The notes below the pieces were generated by a model that saw only the letters and a list, made by a program, of their open reading frames with translations, had not been told where the DNA came from and made no database searches. Below, in pieces: positions 47,188 through 56,500 of a stretch of DNA of 64,000 nt; positions within the stretch are counted from its first letter, which is position 1; every line of letters starts with the position of its first letter. The position numbers and the translations under genes were made by a program. Location: contig JANRKO010000074.1 of NCBI GenBank assembly GCA_033763455.1, positions 1-64,000 of the forward strand. Reading direction: 5' to 3'. The DNA comes from Polyangiaceae bacterium (GTDB taxonomy: Bacteria; Myxococcota_A; Polyangia; Polyangiales; Polyangiaceae).

Positions 47188-48045
47188 ATGAAATCTAGAA
47201 GATTAGTTCGGTGGGTGCTTGGGCTTTTGGCGTTAAGCTGCGATGGGCGCATAGATTTGGGTCCACAAATGGGTGCTGTTGGCGGCTCAGCGGGAGCGAG
47301 CGAATCGCAGGTCGGAGTCGCCGGGGCGACCCCAAAAATGACTCCGGAGATGTCGGGCGGAGGCGGAGTTGCCGGGGGCTCGGGAGGAGCTGGTGGAGGC
47401 GCTGTTGCAGGCGGCTCGGGAGGCTCAGCTGGCAGCCTTCCCACGGGTGAACCTGGCTGCTTCGAGCCACGTAGCGCGAGCGCGACGCCATCAGGTCTCG
47501 CGCTCGGTCCTCGCAATCAGGTGTTCGCCGAGGTTCAGACCGAGAGCAACCCACTCAACTACGCCGATCAAGTCGTGCTCACGGGATTGGTATGGCGAAT
47601 CAACGCCAACTACCCATCACACCCGCGTGCAGCGGACGCGACCGTCGACCTGCCCGCTAACCTAGCAAGCGTCAAACCCAACGTTGCCGAGCTGCGCGTC
47701 ACCGCGCCGAGCTGCGAGAGCTCCACGGTCGCCGGGCGCACGCTGCGACTCAAGGTCTGGTGGAAGCTCGGAGGAGCCATCGTTGGATTCCCGACGCATG
47801 GCATTGCGCTTGGCGCCGGCCGCGAGCCCGTCTGGTTCGAAGACGCGACAAAGCGGTTCGTCGTCGGACAGCCTCAAGAGGCACGCGTCATGAACACGCC
47901 CAACGCGATCGTGCTTGAGCACACGTTCAACGATAATGACCAAACTTCAGCGGCAGACGTCTTCCTGAGCGCTTGGGTGCTGCCGGACTTCGAGTTCTCC
48001 AGCACGATGTACGTGGCAAGCGTCGAATGGATGCCGGCCAATTAG
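47188..48045 (+). CDS. Hypothetical lipoprotein
   Basis: GAGGAG RBS, lipobox LALSC, Gly-rich linker and a beta-rich domain. Confidence 0.75.
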   Translation: MKSRRLVRWVLGLLALSCDGRIDLGPQMGAVGGSAGASESQVGVAGATPKMTPEMSGGGGVAGGSGGAGGGAVAGGSGGSAGSLPTGEPGCFEPRSASATPSGLALGPRNQVFAEVQTESNPLNYADQVVLTGLVWRINANYPSHPRAADATVDLPANLASVKPNVAELRVTAPSCESSTVAGRTLRLKVWWKLGGAIVGFPTHGIALGAGREPVWFEDATKRFVVGQPQEARVMNTPNAIVLEHTFNDNDQTSAADVFLSAWVLPDFEFSSTMYVASVEWMPAN

Positions 48046-48086
48046 AGTAGAGCGCGATTAGAGGTATTTTCGAGCCCAGGAGGGAG

Positions 48087-48159
48087 ACATCTGGCGAGAC
48101 ATGAACGGGCCATAGCTCGCCAGATGTGGTCATAAAAGTACCGATATGGCGAGTTATGG
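48087..48159. repeat. Three alternating copies of an ATCTGGCGAG(CT)ATG-like motif
   Basis: Perfect 12 bp inverted repeat ACATCTGGCGAG (48087-98) / CTCGCCAGATGT (48116-27), plus a third copy ATATGGCGAGTTATGG (48144-59). Confidence 0.7.
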
Positions 48160-48323
48160 GGACCCGCTGCCCGCCGCGTTGACCGGATCTGTTCGGCTTC
48201 GTACGGCGCGGACCCTAACCCACGATTCGCAGAACAACTCTTGCCCAGCTTGCGACAATGCGTTGCTTCCTCATGCGATCGAGGGCACCCCGGCATGCAC
48301 AAGCACGGCAGTGAGGTCCGTCA

Positions 48324-48752
48324 CTACACGGCTGGACAGGACAGCCCGATTTTCAGTGCGAGCTTGCGCTGACGTGCATCGGTAGTCACAAACGAACTCG
48401 CGGACAAGCTGTTGGCTGCAGCGCAGTGCAGGATATCGAGTGAGCGGCAACCGAGCGAGCGCGTATGCGTTTTCGCCAGAGCCGTCGCTCCTTTCAGAAC
48501 GTCGTCCCAAATCAGCTGTGGGCGGTAGAGTATACCAGCGCGGGCGTCGCGATCGATGAGCGCCATCGTCGCCTTGGCCTGATACGGAGTTGCGTCCTTA
48601 CGAAAGACCTTGAGCTCAAGAGCGTTCGACACTTCGAGCTCATGCAGCGCAACGAACGCGATCGTGTGCCCGGCAACCAAGCCTGCGACGCGAACGCTCT
48701 CTGGTTCCGGGTAGTACAGTTTTAGGAGGCAGCCCGTATCCAGGTAGATCAA
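48324..48752 (-). CDS. vapC: VapC-family PIN domain toxin
   Basis: IYLDT...LKLY, ELEVSNAL, RSLDILH and FVTTDARQ. TTG start overlaps the antitoxin stop. Confidence 0.9.
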   Translation of the reverse strand: MIYLDTGCLLKLYYPEPESVRVAGLVAGHTIAFVALHELEVSNALELKVFRKDATPYQAKATMALIDRDARAGILYRPQLIWDDVLKGATALAKTHTRSLGCRSLDILHCAAANSLSASSFVTTDARQRKLALKIGLSCPAV

Positions 48753-48988
48753 CGATTGCCTCGCGCATCGCTGACGATGGCGCTCAGCCGCCTGCCCCTC
48801 GGTTTTTTGCCCCAAATGTCGTGTGCGCGGGTCAAAAAATCCGGAGACGCCACCTGCGCGGGGCCGGGGGGAAGGAGACGAGCCACAAGCTGTTTCCGGC
48901 GAAAGACCTGCACCTCCTGCCCTCCCTCGACCCAAGAGAGCACCTCAGCCAGGTTGTGCTGCATTTGGCGGATACTCGCTACCTTCAT
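48749..48988 (-). CDS. Phd/YefM-family antitoxin
   Basis: MKVASIRQMQHNLAEVLSWVEGGQEVQVFRRKQLVARLLP, directly upstream of the PIN gene. Confidence 0.88.
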   Translation of the reverse strand: MKVASIRQMQHNLAEVLSWVEGGQEVQVFRRKQLVARLLPPGPAQVASPDFLTRAHDIWGKKPRGRRLSAIVSDARGNR

Positions 48989-48995
48989 GTTAGCC

Positions 48996-49024
48996 AATTT
49001 GACGCACAAGCCGCCTTGCGTCAA
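48996..49024 (-). promoter_or_regulatory. Putative leaderless promoter with overlapping inverted-repeat operator for the TA operon
   Basis: Minus strand reads TTGACG-N17-CAAATT-N7-ATG. Inverted repeat TTGACGCA (48999-49006) / TGCGTCAA (49017-24). Confidence 0.55.
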
Positions 49025-49085
49025 GGAACGCGACGCAGCGTAAGGCTGGTTCTAATGGCTCCCAGCTTGCGGAGAGATTTCGCCT

Positions 49086-50222
49086 TCACTCACCCATGCC
49101 GTGTGGATCCATTCCAGGCGGCATGCCCGGCGGGGGCGTGGCAGCACCGGCATCTTTATCAGCCGGCTTTGGCTCAGCCTTCTTGAACTTCTCTTCGGCG
49201 GCTGTTGCCCAATCGCCTGCCCAGGAGCTAATGGCGAAGATTTCCGCGCTATCGCCCACCTGCACCCAGCGGCTGGAATTCTCCCCGGTGCTGCCGAGCT
49301 TGATGATCTTCTGAGCGCCGTCTTTGAGCTGGAACACCACGGTTGCGGTTGGTGTAGCCAAACCGAGATCTTCAGGCTTCTTGTTTTGGGCGAAGTCGGT
49401 AGCGGTAAGCGCTTTGTAAGCTCGTACCAAATCGTCCACCTTGGTGGGCTCGAACTTCTGGATATCAAGAGCAATGGGAGCTTTGGCTTTCTTGAACTTA
49501 CCAATCCAGCTCTTGACCTCAACAGGCGCTGAAGGAGCGCCCGCTGCGCCCTTTTCGGGGGCCTTGGTTTCAACCTTGCGCTCGAACGTGAAGCTGCCGT
49601 TCTCGTTCGTTACGTCGATGCGCTTAACTTCGTCTTCCTCGAACTTGAGGAGGCCAAGATCGCGCCAACCTTTGGCATCACGCTTGAAGAGGTAGCTTGA
49701 ATAGCCTTTGGCTGCGTAGACGCCATCTTTGCCTGCGATGCGTGTCATCTGGCCGCGCGAACCATCTTGGCCGAAATACAGGTCAAATACCGTCTTATCC
49801 CCGTTGTAAAAGGTGGCGTGGAGCGCCTTGCCGTCAGAGAGCTCAAACTGATCGTAGTTCTTGCTAGAGGGGTCGATGCGCTCGACCATCTTGATGGTCT
49901 TCAGCGCACCGATCAGCGAGGTAACGTTTGCCTGGTTGGCCTTTGCTGCTACCGGCTTTACGAGCTTCCACTCGGAGCCTTCCTTTTTGAGCTCCACTTC
50001 CTCGCCTGCGCCGGCATCCCCCGGGGGTGATTGGATCACCACGCGATTGATACTGTTGGTCTTCTCGTCGGTGGCGCCGATGTCTGGAAGTGCTGAGGTC
50101 TTGCCTTCCAGCGTGTAGGTGGCTTGCTCTTCCTTGGCCTTGTTCTGTTGGAGGTAGAGAGCCCCGCCGAGGACGGCGAGGACGCCCACTGCTACGTAGA
50201 GTCGATTGTTATCCGTGCTCAT
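49086..50222 (-). CDS. DUF4340 domain membrane-anchored protein
   Basis: N-terminal TM and two similar domains (ELKKEGSEWKLVKP..ANQANV; LGLATP...IKLG). Last gene of a GldAFG-type operon. Confidence 0.8.
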   Translation of the reverse strand: MSTDNNRLYVAVGVLAVLGGALYLQQNKAKEEQATYTLEGKTSALPDIGATDEKTNSINRVVIQSPPGDAGAGEEVELKKEGSEWKLVKPVAAKANQANVTSLIGALKTIKMVERIDPSSKNYDQFELSDGKALHATFYNGDKTVFDLYFGQDGSRGQMTRIAGKDGVYAAKGYSSYLFKRDAKGWRDLGLLKFEEDEVKRIDVTNENGSFTFERKVETKAPEKGAAGAPSAPVEVKSWIGKFKKAKAPIALDIQKFEPTKVDDLVRAYKALTATDFAQNKKPEDLGLATPTATVVFQLKDGAQKIIKLGSTGENSSRWVQVGDSAEIFAISSWAGDWATAAEEKFKKAEPKPADKDAGAATPPPGMPPGMDPHGMGE

Positions 50223-50246
50223 GACTTCGTATGCCTCAATGAAAGA

Positions 50247-52091
50247 TCAGGCTGCCTTGAATTGGGTGCGAAGCGCATCGCGGCGCCGCCAGCGTGCGAT
50301 GCCGAAGATACCGAACAATACGGGCACCCCGATGATGAGGGTCCATTGGATTTTCTGCTGGATAGCCTTGCGCTCGCCTTTGTACTTCTCTTCGGCTGCG
50401 CGCACTTCCTGCTCGTTGGCTGTAGCTTCCAGCTTCGGGATGCTGAGGTCTGAGTAGGAGAGATTGGGCTCGCTGATGATTTTGGCGCTCGCGGCCAAAA
50501 GATCCTGATCGCCGCTCATCCAATCTAGCGTGTTCTTGAAGGAGATGATCATGCGCTCCAGGTACGAGCGGGCATAGGCCATGCCGAACATCTGGAGCTC
50601 TTGATCTCCACCCACAGAGCCGAACATTTGAAACTGACCACCGAGCTCGGGGCCATTGCCCGCGTAAGCAAATGGGTTCGTGAGGAACAAGCTAGAGGCC
50701 ACCACAAGCACACGTGAGCCTTGGCCGGCTTGGGCGTTTTGGTTGATGCCTTCGCCACCGACGCTGAACGCGCTCTTGAGCTTTCCTTCTGCCACAGCGG
50801 CAACTACTTGCTGAGCCTGCGCACCTTTGGGGGGAGCAGGCGGCAGAAGCCTCGGCTTCATGTCGACGGTGGCTCCGGTTTGCACGCTAGTGCGAGGCGT
50901 GGTGCGTGCCACCGCGTAGATCTTCACGTCCGCCGGCTGCTTGCTCTTATCCAGCTTGATGCTGGAGGGGAACGGGAAGGACATTTCGTCGAGGCGGAAG
51001 AAGCCGGCGAAGCCAGAATCGAGCATCTTTTCGTCGCCTTCGAGGCGCGGATCGTCCACGATTTTGGCGATGCCGGGCACCACGAGGCGCGCGACGCCGC
51101 GATTGGTGGGAACCATCATGCCGAATTGGCCGCCGTAATCGAGCACTGCATCTTTCTGGATGGCGAGGCCGTAACCGTTCAGCAGCTTATCCAACCCATG
51201 CAGATCGAGTGTGGCCACCATGGTTGGATCTTGAGGCTTGAAGGTGGCTGCTGAGGCGTACACCGCCAAAGACTTTCCGCCCAACATCAAGAACTCATCA
51301 ATTCGGCGTAGCTCTTTCTCCGTGTACTCTTTCTGGGGCTGCGTGATGATGACGCCCGCCAGATCTTTATCGATGGCTTGGTCGCCATTCTTAAGATCAA
51401 GATCTTCGATCTTATAAAAAGGAAAGCTCTGCTCCAAAACGCTTTGGATAGTGGGAGAACCACCTTGGCCTTGGCGTGGCATGAGGTTCTTATCCGAGAG
51501 CTTGAGCTCATCTTTGCCGGTGACCACACCCAAGCGGTGCTTGATGTTATCGGCTTTATCGCGGATTTCGCGGATCTTGTTGGTGATCCAGAACTCAAGC
51601 CCCTGCGCTGCGCCGGGCGGGATCTGCGGGATGACCACCTTTTCACTGCCATACTTGAAGACGAGGCCCATGTAGCCGTTCTGCAGGGCTGCACCAGACT
51701 CACCACTTTCAGCGGCTACCGACATCTCCTGGAGGCCTGCTTCCTTGGCCTGAGTGCGGAGCTCATCTGTGTTGGCTTCGATCAGTGTGAACTGAAATTT
51801 ATCGCCGCCCGCGCGCTTGTACTCCTTGAGGAGATCGGTGAGGTCACGTGTGGAGGCATCCAGCTGAGCGATGCCTCGCATCACGTAGGCATCCACCTGG
51901 AGCGGGCTCTTGAGGCCCCGCACGAGCCGACCGCTGCCTTGGCTCAGCGTGTGCCGATCGTTCTTGGTGGCATCGATGCGGGTATAGACGCCCGTGGAAA
52001 GCACGTTGGCGATGACGGCGATAGCCGCGACGACCACGAGATAGAGCCCGGTTTGGGCGGCAGCTTTACGCTTCTGTTCTTGGCTTGCCAT
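50247..52091 (-). CDS. GldG-family ABC transporter auxiliary (GIFT domain) protein
   Basis: RIDATKNDRHTLS, LLKEY, IDEFLMLGG, NTLDWM, with N- and C-terminal TM segments. Confidence 0.85.
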   Translation of the reverse strand: MASQEQKRKAAAQTGLYLVVVAAIAVIANVLSTGVYTRIDATKNDRHTLSQGSGRLVRGLKSPLQVDAYVMRGIAQLDASTRDLTDLLKEYKRAGGDKFQFTLIEANTDELRTQAKEAGLQEMSVAAESGESGAALQNGYMGLVFKYGSEKVVIPQIPPGAAQGLEFWITNKIREIRDKADNIKHRLGVVTGKDELKLSDKNLMPRQGQGGSPTIQSVLEQSFPFYKIEDLDLKNGDQAIDKDLAGVIITQPQKEYTEKELRRIDEFLMLGGKSLAVYASAATFKPQDPTMVATLDLHGLDKLLNGYGLAIQKDAVLDYGGQFGMMVPTNRGVARLVVPGIAKIVDDPRLEGDEKMLDSGFAGFFRLDEMSFPFPSSIKLDKSKQPADVKIYAVARTTPRTSVQTGATVDMKPRLLPPAPPKGAQAQQVVAAVAEGKLKSAFSVGGEGINQNAQAGQGSRVLVVASSLFLTNPFAYAGNGPELGGQFQMFGSVGGDQELQMFGMAYARSYLERMIISFKNTLDWMSGDQDLLAASAKIISEPNLSYSDLSIPKLEATANEQEVRAAEEKYKGERKAIQQKIQWTLIIGVPVLFGIFGIARWRRRDALRTQFKAA

Positions 52092-52094
52092 AAT

Positions 52095-52826
52095 TTAAGC
52101 CCACTTGCGTCGTTCAAGGACGCGGAAGGAAACAATCAAACTAAGGGCCGCGATCGTTAAGAAGTAGACCGCATCCCGCGTATCAATCAGGCCGCGCTGA
52201 AAACCTTCGAGCCTGGATTGGAAGCTGATGAAACTCACGACGCTGGATAGCGTTCCTTCGGCATGTTGGGCGAAGGCGCCTGAAAACCAAAGCATCGCGA
52301 GCAGGGCCAGCGTCAGAAAGAAGGCCACCGCCTGGCTATCCGTGAGTGAGCTGATCAAGAGGCCAATCCCTACGCTCGCGGTGGCAAACAAGACCAAACC
52401 CACATAACCTGTAAACACCTGCCCCCAATCGAGCGGCCCCAGGTTCCAAGGGAACTTGAACATCATGATCGGGTAGAGCAACGTGAAGAGGAAGAGCACG
52501 AGCATCAAGCCGAGCGCGCCCAGGTATTTCCCCAGGATCACGTCGCTATCTTTCACTGGGAGCGTGATGAGCATCTCCAGCGTGCCGCTCCTTCGCTCTT
52601 CGGCCATCAGGCGCATCGTGATGACAGGCACGATGAGCAGGGATACGGCGGGTAGAAAGAAGAACAGGGGCGAAAGGGTTGCACGGTCCGTCTGCCAGTA
52701 GCCGCCTTGCCCAAAGAACACCAAAAGGCCGAGGCCCAGAAAGCTCACACACACCACCACGTAGGCGAGCGGCGAATCAAAGTAGGATCGAAATTCGCGC
52801 TTGGCGATAGTCCACATTATCGACAT
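52095..52826 (-). CDS. GldF-like ABC-2 permease
   Basis: IAKREFRSYFDSPLAYV, TMRLMAEERRSGTLEMLITLP, GKYLG and SSLTDSQ. Confidence 0.9.
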   Translation of the reverse strand: MSIMWTIAKREFRSYFDSPLAYVVVCVSFLGLGLLVFFGQGGYWQTDRATLSPLFFFLPAVSLLIVPVITMRLMAEERRSGTLEMLITLPVKDSDVILGKYLGALGLMLVLFLFTLLYPIMMFKFPWNLGPLDWGQVFTGYVGLVLFATASVGIGLLISSLTDSQAVAFFLTLALLAMLWFSGAFAQHAEGTLSSVVSFISFQSRLEGFQRGLIDTRDAVYFLTIAALSLIVSFRVLERRKWA

Positions 52827-52829
52827 CGG

Positions 52830-53903
52830 TTAAGCCTTCTTTCCCGAAGCTTCGTCGTCACTGTCTTCATCTTCGTCGTCTTCATCATCGTCTTCCCCGC
52901 TGTCCCAATCCGCGCTGCGGTCGAGCTTCTCGTCGGCCCGCGTGAGATCACGGAACACTGCATCCAGGCTCTGCGCATCCCGGTGGAGCTCTAGGAGCGT
53001 CCAGCCTTTGGCAACCATCAAGCGAAATACCTCTGCTCGCAGATCGACATCTTGCGGGCCCGTAAGCTCCACGCGATGGGCGGATTCTTCGCCTGGAAGC
53101 TCATGCGCTTTCTGCACGCCCGAAATCGACTGAAGCGCCTCCCGCAGCTCAGCTCCGCTCGGAGCCTTTTTGCCGGATTCGCCCTGCTTTTCGTCGACGG
53201 CAACCACGTAACGGCGGCGACCCGTGCGGGAGCGAATGTCCGAGATGGAACCATCTGCCACCACACGCCCCTTGCTCACGATGATGGCGCGCGCACAGGC
53301 TTGTTCGGCTTCGGCGAGGTTGTGGGTGGAAAGCAGCACAGTGCGATCTTTGCCGATTTCCTCGATATATTTCAGCACTTCAGCTTTCTCGTTCGGATCG
53401 AGATCGCTCGTGGGCTCATCCAAGATTAAAATTGGTGGATCGTGGATGAGGGCTTGCCCGAGGCCCACGCGCTGGCGGTAACCATGGGAGAGAGTGCCGA
53501 TATTCTTGCCCAAGGACTGGGCCAAACCACACACATCAATCACCTTCTTTAGGCGGCTCTTAAAGGTGCTCGGGCTGAGGCCGCGGATTTCAGCAGCAAA
53601 CGTGAGGTACTCATACACCGTCATGTCGGTGTAGAGCGGCGCGCGCTGCGGGAGGTAACCGATGGATTCGCGCACCTTCAGCGGATTGTCGAAAACATCG
53701 AACCCGCTCACCGAGGCCGAGCCGCGCGTGGGTGCGAGAAAGCACGTCAAGATCCGCATCGCGGTGGACTTGCCCGCGCCGTTGGGACCCAAAAATCCCA
53801 CCACCTCTCCCCGTTGGACCTCAAAGCTTACGCGGTCCAAAGCTTTGACGCTCCCGAACTGCTTGCTCAGACCGTCAGCTCTAATCATCACGTCGGTCGT
53901 CAT
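52830..53903 (-). CDS. GldA-like ABC transporter ATP-binding protein
   Basis: GPNGAGKST, LSHGYRQRVG, ILDEPT and STH. AGGAG RBS before ATG 53903. Acidic tail. Confidence 0.93.
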   Translation of the reverse strand: MTTDVMIRADGLSKQFGSVKALDRVSFEVQRGEVVGFLGPNGAGKSTAMRILTCFLAPTRGSASVSGFDVFDNPLKVRESIGYLPQRAPLYTDMTVYEYLTFAAEIRGLSPSTFKSRLKKVIDVCGLAQSLGKNIGTLSHGYRQRVGLGQALIHDPPILILDEPTSDLDPNEKAEVLKYIEEIGKDRTVLLSTHNLAEAEQACARAIIVSKGRVVADGSISDIRSRTGRRRYVVAVDEKQGESGKKAPSGAELREALQSISGVQKAHELPGEESAHRVELTGPQDVDLRAEVFRLMVAKGWTLLELHRDAQSLDAVFRDLTRADEKLDRSADWDSGEDDDEDDEDEDSDDEASGKKA

Positions 53904-54179
53904 TAGTTTTCTCCTAGATTTCCTTGGCGCTCGGTGGAACTGCTCTCGGCCCAGCTGGGGCTTCGCGTTCGTGTAGTCAACGTTCGGTTTGGGGTAAAAG
54001 CGGTCGGTGCCACGGCTCCCGCGCTCGTTGGCCCCGCAATTGGCCCTGGCTCCGGGCGGCATCCTAGTGACCCGCCGATCTGTGTCAACACAGGGTAAAT
54101 GCGGGGGACACCGTTCGGCATGGCGGGTCTGAAACCGCTGAGGCCGCCTGCTATTCCCCAAAAACGATGGGGCGAGGCC

Positions 54180-54845
54180 CTAACCCGTTTGGTACCCGGC
54201 GACTAGGGTTTGAGCCAAAAGTCCCCAACCGTCGACGGCGACAAACAGAAGCAGCTTAAAGGGAAGGCTGATCTGCGCGGGATTCATCGTGTGCATGCCG
54301 AGCCCTAAGAGCACGTTCGCAATCACGAGGTCGATGACCAGAAAAGGCAGATAGATGGCGAAGCCGAGTGCGAAGGCTTCGATAAGTTCGGTCGTCACGA
54401 ACGCTGGGATCACGACGGCAAGGTCCCCCCGGTCCACCTTGTCGCGGTCCGCTGGGGGGCGCTGGGAACGGGCGATCTCAAAGAAACGATTGCGTTCACG
54501 TTCCGAAGCGTTGGCCTTGAGAAAGGCACTGAGCGGCTCGCGCGTGGCGGTTACCAACCCTACCACCGCGTCGCTTGGCGAAAGCTTAGCAGCCTTAGCC
54601 TCGAACAATGGGGCCGCGCGTTCTGCGATTTTGGAGCCCACTGGCGCCATCGCGATCAACGTAAGAGCGGTGGCAAGGGCCGTAATGAGCGTGTTTGAAG
54701 GAACATTTTGCGCACCGATTGCGCCACGCACGATCTGAAGCACAGTCGAGATTTTCACGAATGCCGTGAGCGTCATGAAGGCGAAGGGTAGGAGCGCGCT
54801 AGCAGCGACCAGCACAACTAGCGCGAGTGGGTTCGCGTCCATCAT
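54180..54845 (-). CDS. Type III export gate protein FliP/SctR family
   Basis: LTAFVKISTVLQIVRGAIGAQNVPSN, IPAFVTTEL, IYLPFLVIDLVIANVL and ISLPFKLLLFVAVDGW. Confidence 0.92.
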   Translation of the reverse strand: MMDANPLALVVLVAASALLPFAFMTLTAFVKISTVLQIVRGAIGAQNVPSNTLITALATALTLIAMAPVGSKIAERAAPLFEAKAAKLSPSDAVVGLVTATREPLSAFLKANASERERNRFFEIARSQRPPADRDKVDRGDLAVVIPAFVTTELIEAFALGFAIYLPFLVIDLVIANVLLGLGMHTMNPAQISLPFKLLLFVAVDGWGLLAQTLVAGYQTG

Positions 54846-55162
54846 TGTGGTTTCTCGTCGTTAGCAAGTGTTGGCAAAGCCTCCCCCACCTCAGCTGAAG
54901 ATGAGGCCACGGTATGATTGCCCTCACCGAGCTTCACCAAGCCGGCTTCGCTCGCACCGATCACGTAGGTGGTGCTTCCTGCCCGCACCAAGTACACGGC
55001 TCTTCGCCCATCGAGCGGCAGCTTGCCAAGGAGCTCCAGGGGCCCGTTGGGTCGCCCGAGGCCAGCGCGTCGAGCGCCGTACAGGATGAGCACCGCGAGC
55101 GCACTCACACCCACAAGGATGATCGAAGTTTGTACCACGTAGCTGACTACAGCGGGGCTCAC
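54842..55162 (-). CDS. FliO-like protein
   Basis: N-terminal TM then LELLGKLPLDGRRAVYLVRAG...VIGASEAG. ATGA overlap with fliP/sctR. Start estimated at GTG 55162. Confidence 0.8.
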   Translation of the reverse strand: MSPAVVSYVVQTSIILVGVSALAVLILYGARRAGLGRPNGPLELLGKLPLDGRRAVYLVRAGSTTYVIGASEAGLVKLGEGNHTVASSSAEVGEALPTLANDEKPQ

Positions 55163-55272
55163 GGCTGCGGGGAGCCTACACCGGGGCACCGATGGCATGT
55201 CAGGGTCTTGCACCTGCCGCACGCAGAAGCTACAGGCGGTGGGTCCAAGCGGCTTTTTTTCTGCCAGCTCGG

Positions 55273-56499
55273 ATGGCGCCCCCAGTGTCCGTGCACCCCG
55301 AGAATCTTCCCCGCAGGTTCGGCAGATACGTCCTCTTCGACAAGATTGGGGAGGGCGGGATGGCTCGCATCTATTTGGGTCGGCCCGAAAGTGGCAGCGA
55401 TAAGCTCTTGGTAGTCAAGCAGATGCTGCCGTTGTTCTCGAACAGCGAGCGTTTTTCTAAGCTGCTTATCGACGAGGCGAAGCTCGCGGCTGAGCTCACC
55501 AACAGCAACATCGTTCAAGTCTTCGATTTGGGGCGCGAGGGCGACGTCTTGTACATAGCCATGGAGTACGTGGAAGGCTTTGACCTTCGCCAGCTGCTCC
55601 AGCAGTGCAGCAAGCGTCAGATCGCACTGCCCATTGAGTTTTCTTTGTTTGTTGTGGGGGAAACCTTGAAGGCGTTGGAGCATGCCCACAAGAAGAAAAA
55701 CGAGCAGGGTGAGTCGCTCGGCATTGTGCATCGGGATGTTTCGCCCTCGAATGTTCTCTTGTCGTTTCACGGCGAGGTGAAGCTGTGTGATTTCGGGATT
55801 GCGCGTGCCATGGCGGCGCGTGAAGAGGTGCCCGACGAAGCGATTGAGGGCAAAGCTGGCTATATGAGTCCGGAAGCCGCGCGCGGTGAACCCATCGACG
55901 CACGCGCTGACGTATTCTCGGTAGGCATTGTGCTGTGGGAGCTTGTGGCTGGGAGGAAGCTCTACCGGGGCGGCGGAGTGGGGCGAATGCCCAGCCTCGA
56001 ACAAGCGAGCCAAGCTGAAATTCCTGCGCTTCCCGAGCGAGGCCTGCCGCACGAAACCGAGCTGCATCGCATCATCGGGCGCGCTCTCAGTGTGGATCGG
56101 GATATGCGTTACGCTTCCTGCCGGGACATGCGCCGCGATCTGGAAGCGTACGTGCTCGAAGCGGGCCTTACCGTGAGCCAGCTCAAATTCGGCGAATGGA
56201 TCACCCAGAATTTCGGCACGGAGATCATCGAGCTGCGGCGCGAACGCGAGCGCGCCGCACGGGCATGGTTGAGCGAACGGCCACCGGCGCCCGTAGCGGT
56301 GAAGCCGTCGGAGCCGAAAGTTGCGACGGCAGTTCCGAGCGAGCGCCGAATTGAGGCCAAGCCTGGTCAGGCAGTGCGCAGCGAAGCGCCACTTCCTGGG
56401 ACCCCGGCGGGCACAACCGCAGGCGGGGGGAGCCCCGTGGTTGCCGTGTTAGGCGTCCTTCTGCTGGCGCTCATCGCGGCTTTCTGGCTACTTCGCTAG
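55273..56499 (+). CDS. Hanks-type Ser/Thr protein kinase with C-terminal TM
   Basis: IGEGGMARIY, VVKQ, HRDVSPSN, DFG and GKAGYMSPE. Start moved to ATG 55273. Confidence 0.93.
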   Translation: MAPPVSVHPENLPRRFGRYVLFDKIGEGGMARIYLGRPESGSDKLLVVKQMLPLFSNSERFSKLLIDEAKLAAELTNSNIVQVFDLGREGDVLYIAMEYVEGFDLRQLLQQCSKRQIALPIEFSLFVVGETLKALEHAHKKKNEQGESLGIVHRDVSPSNVLLSFHGEVKLCDFGIARAMAAREEVPDEAIEGKAGYMSPEAARGEPIDARADVFSVGIVLWELVAGRKLYRGGGVGRMPSLEQASQAEIPALPERGLPHETELHRIIGRALSVDRDMRYASCRDMRRDLEAYVLEAGLTVSQLKFGEWITQNFGTEIIELRRERERAARAWLSERPPAPVAVKPSEPKVATAVPSERRIEAKPGQAVRSEAPLPGTPAGTTAGGGSPVVAVLGVLLLALIAAFWLLR

Positions 56500-56500
56500 C

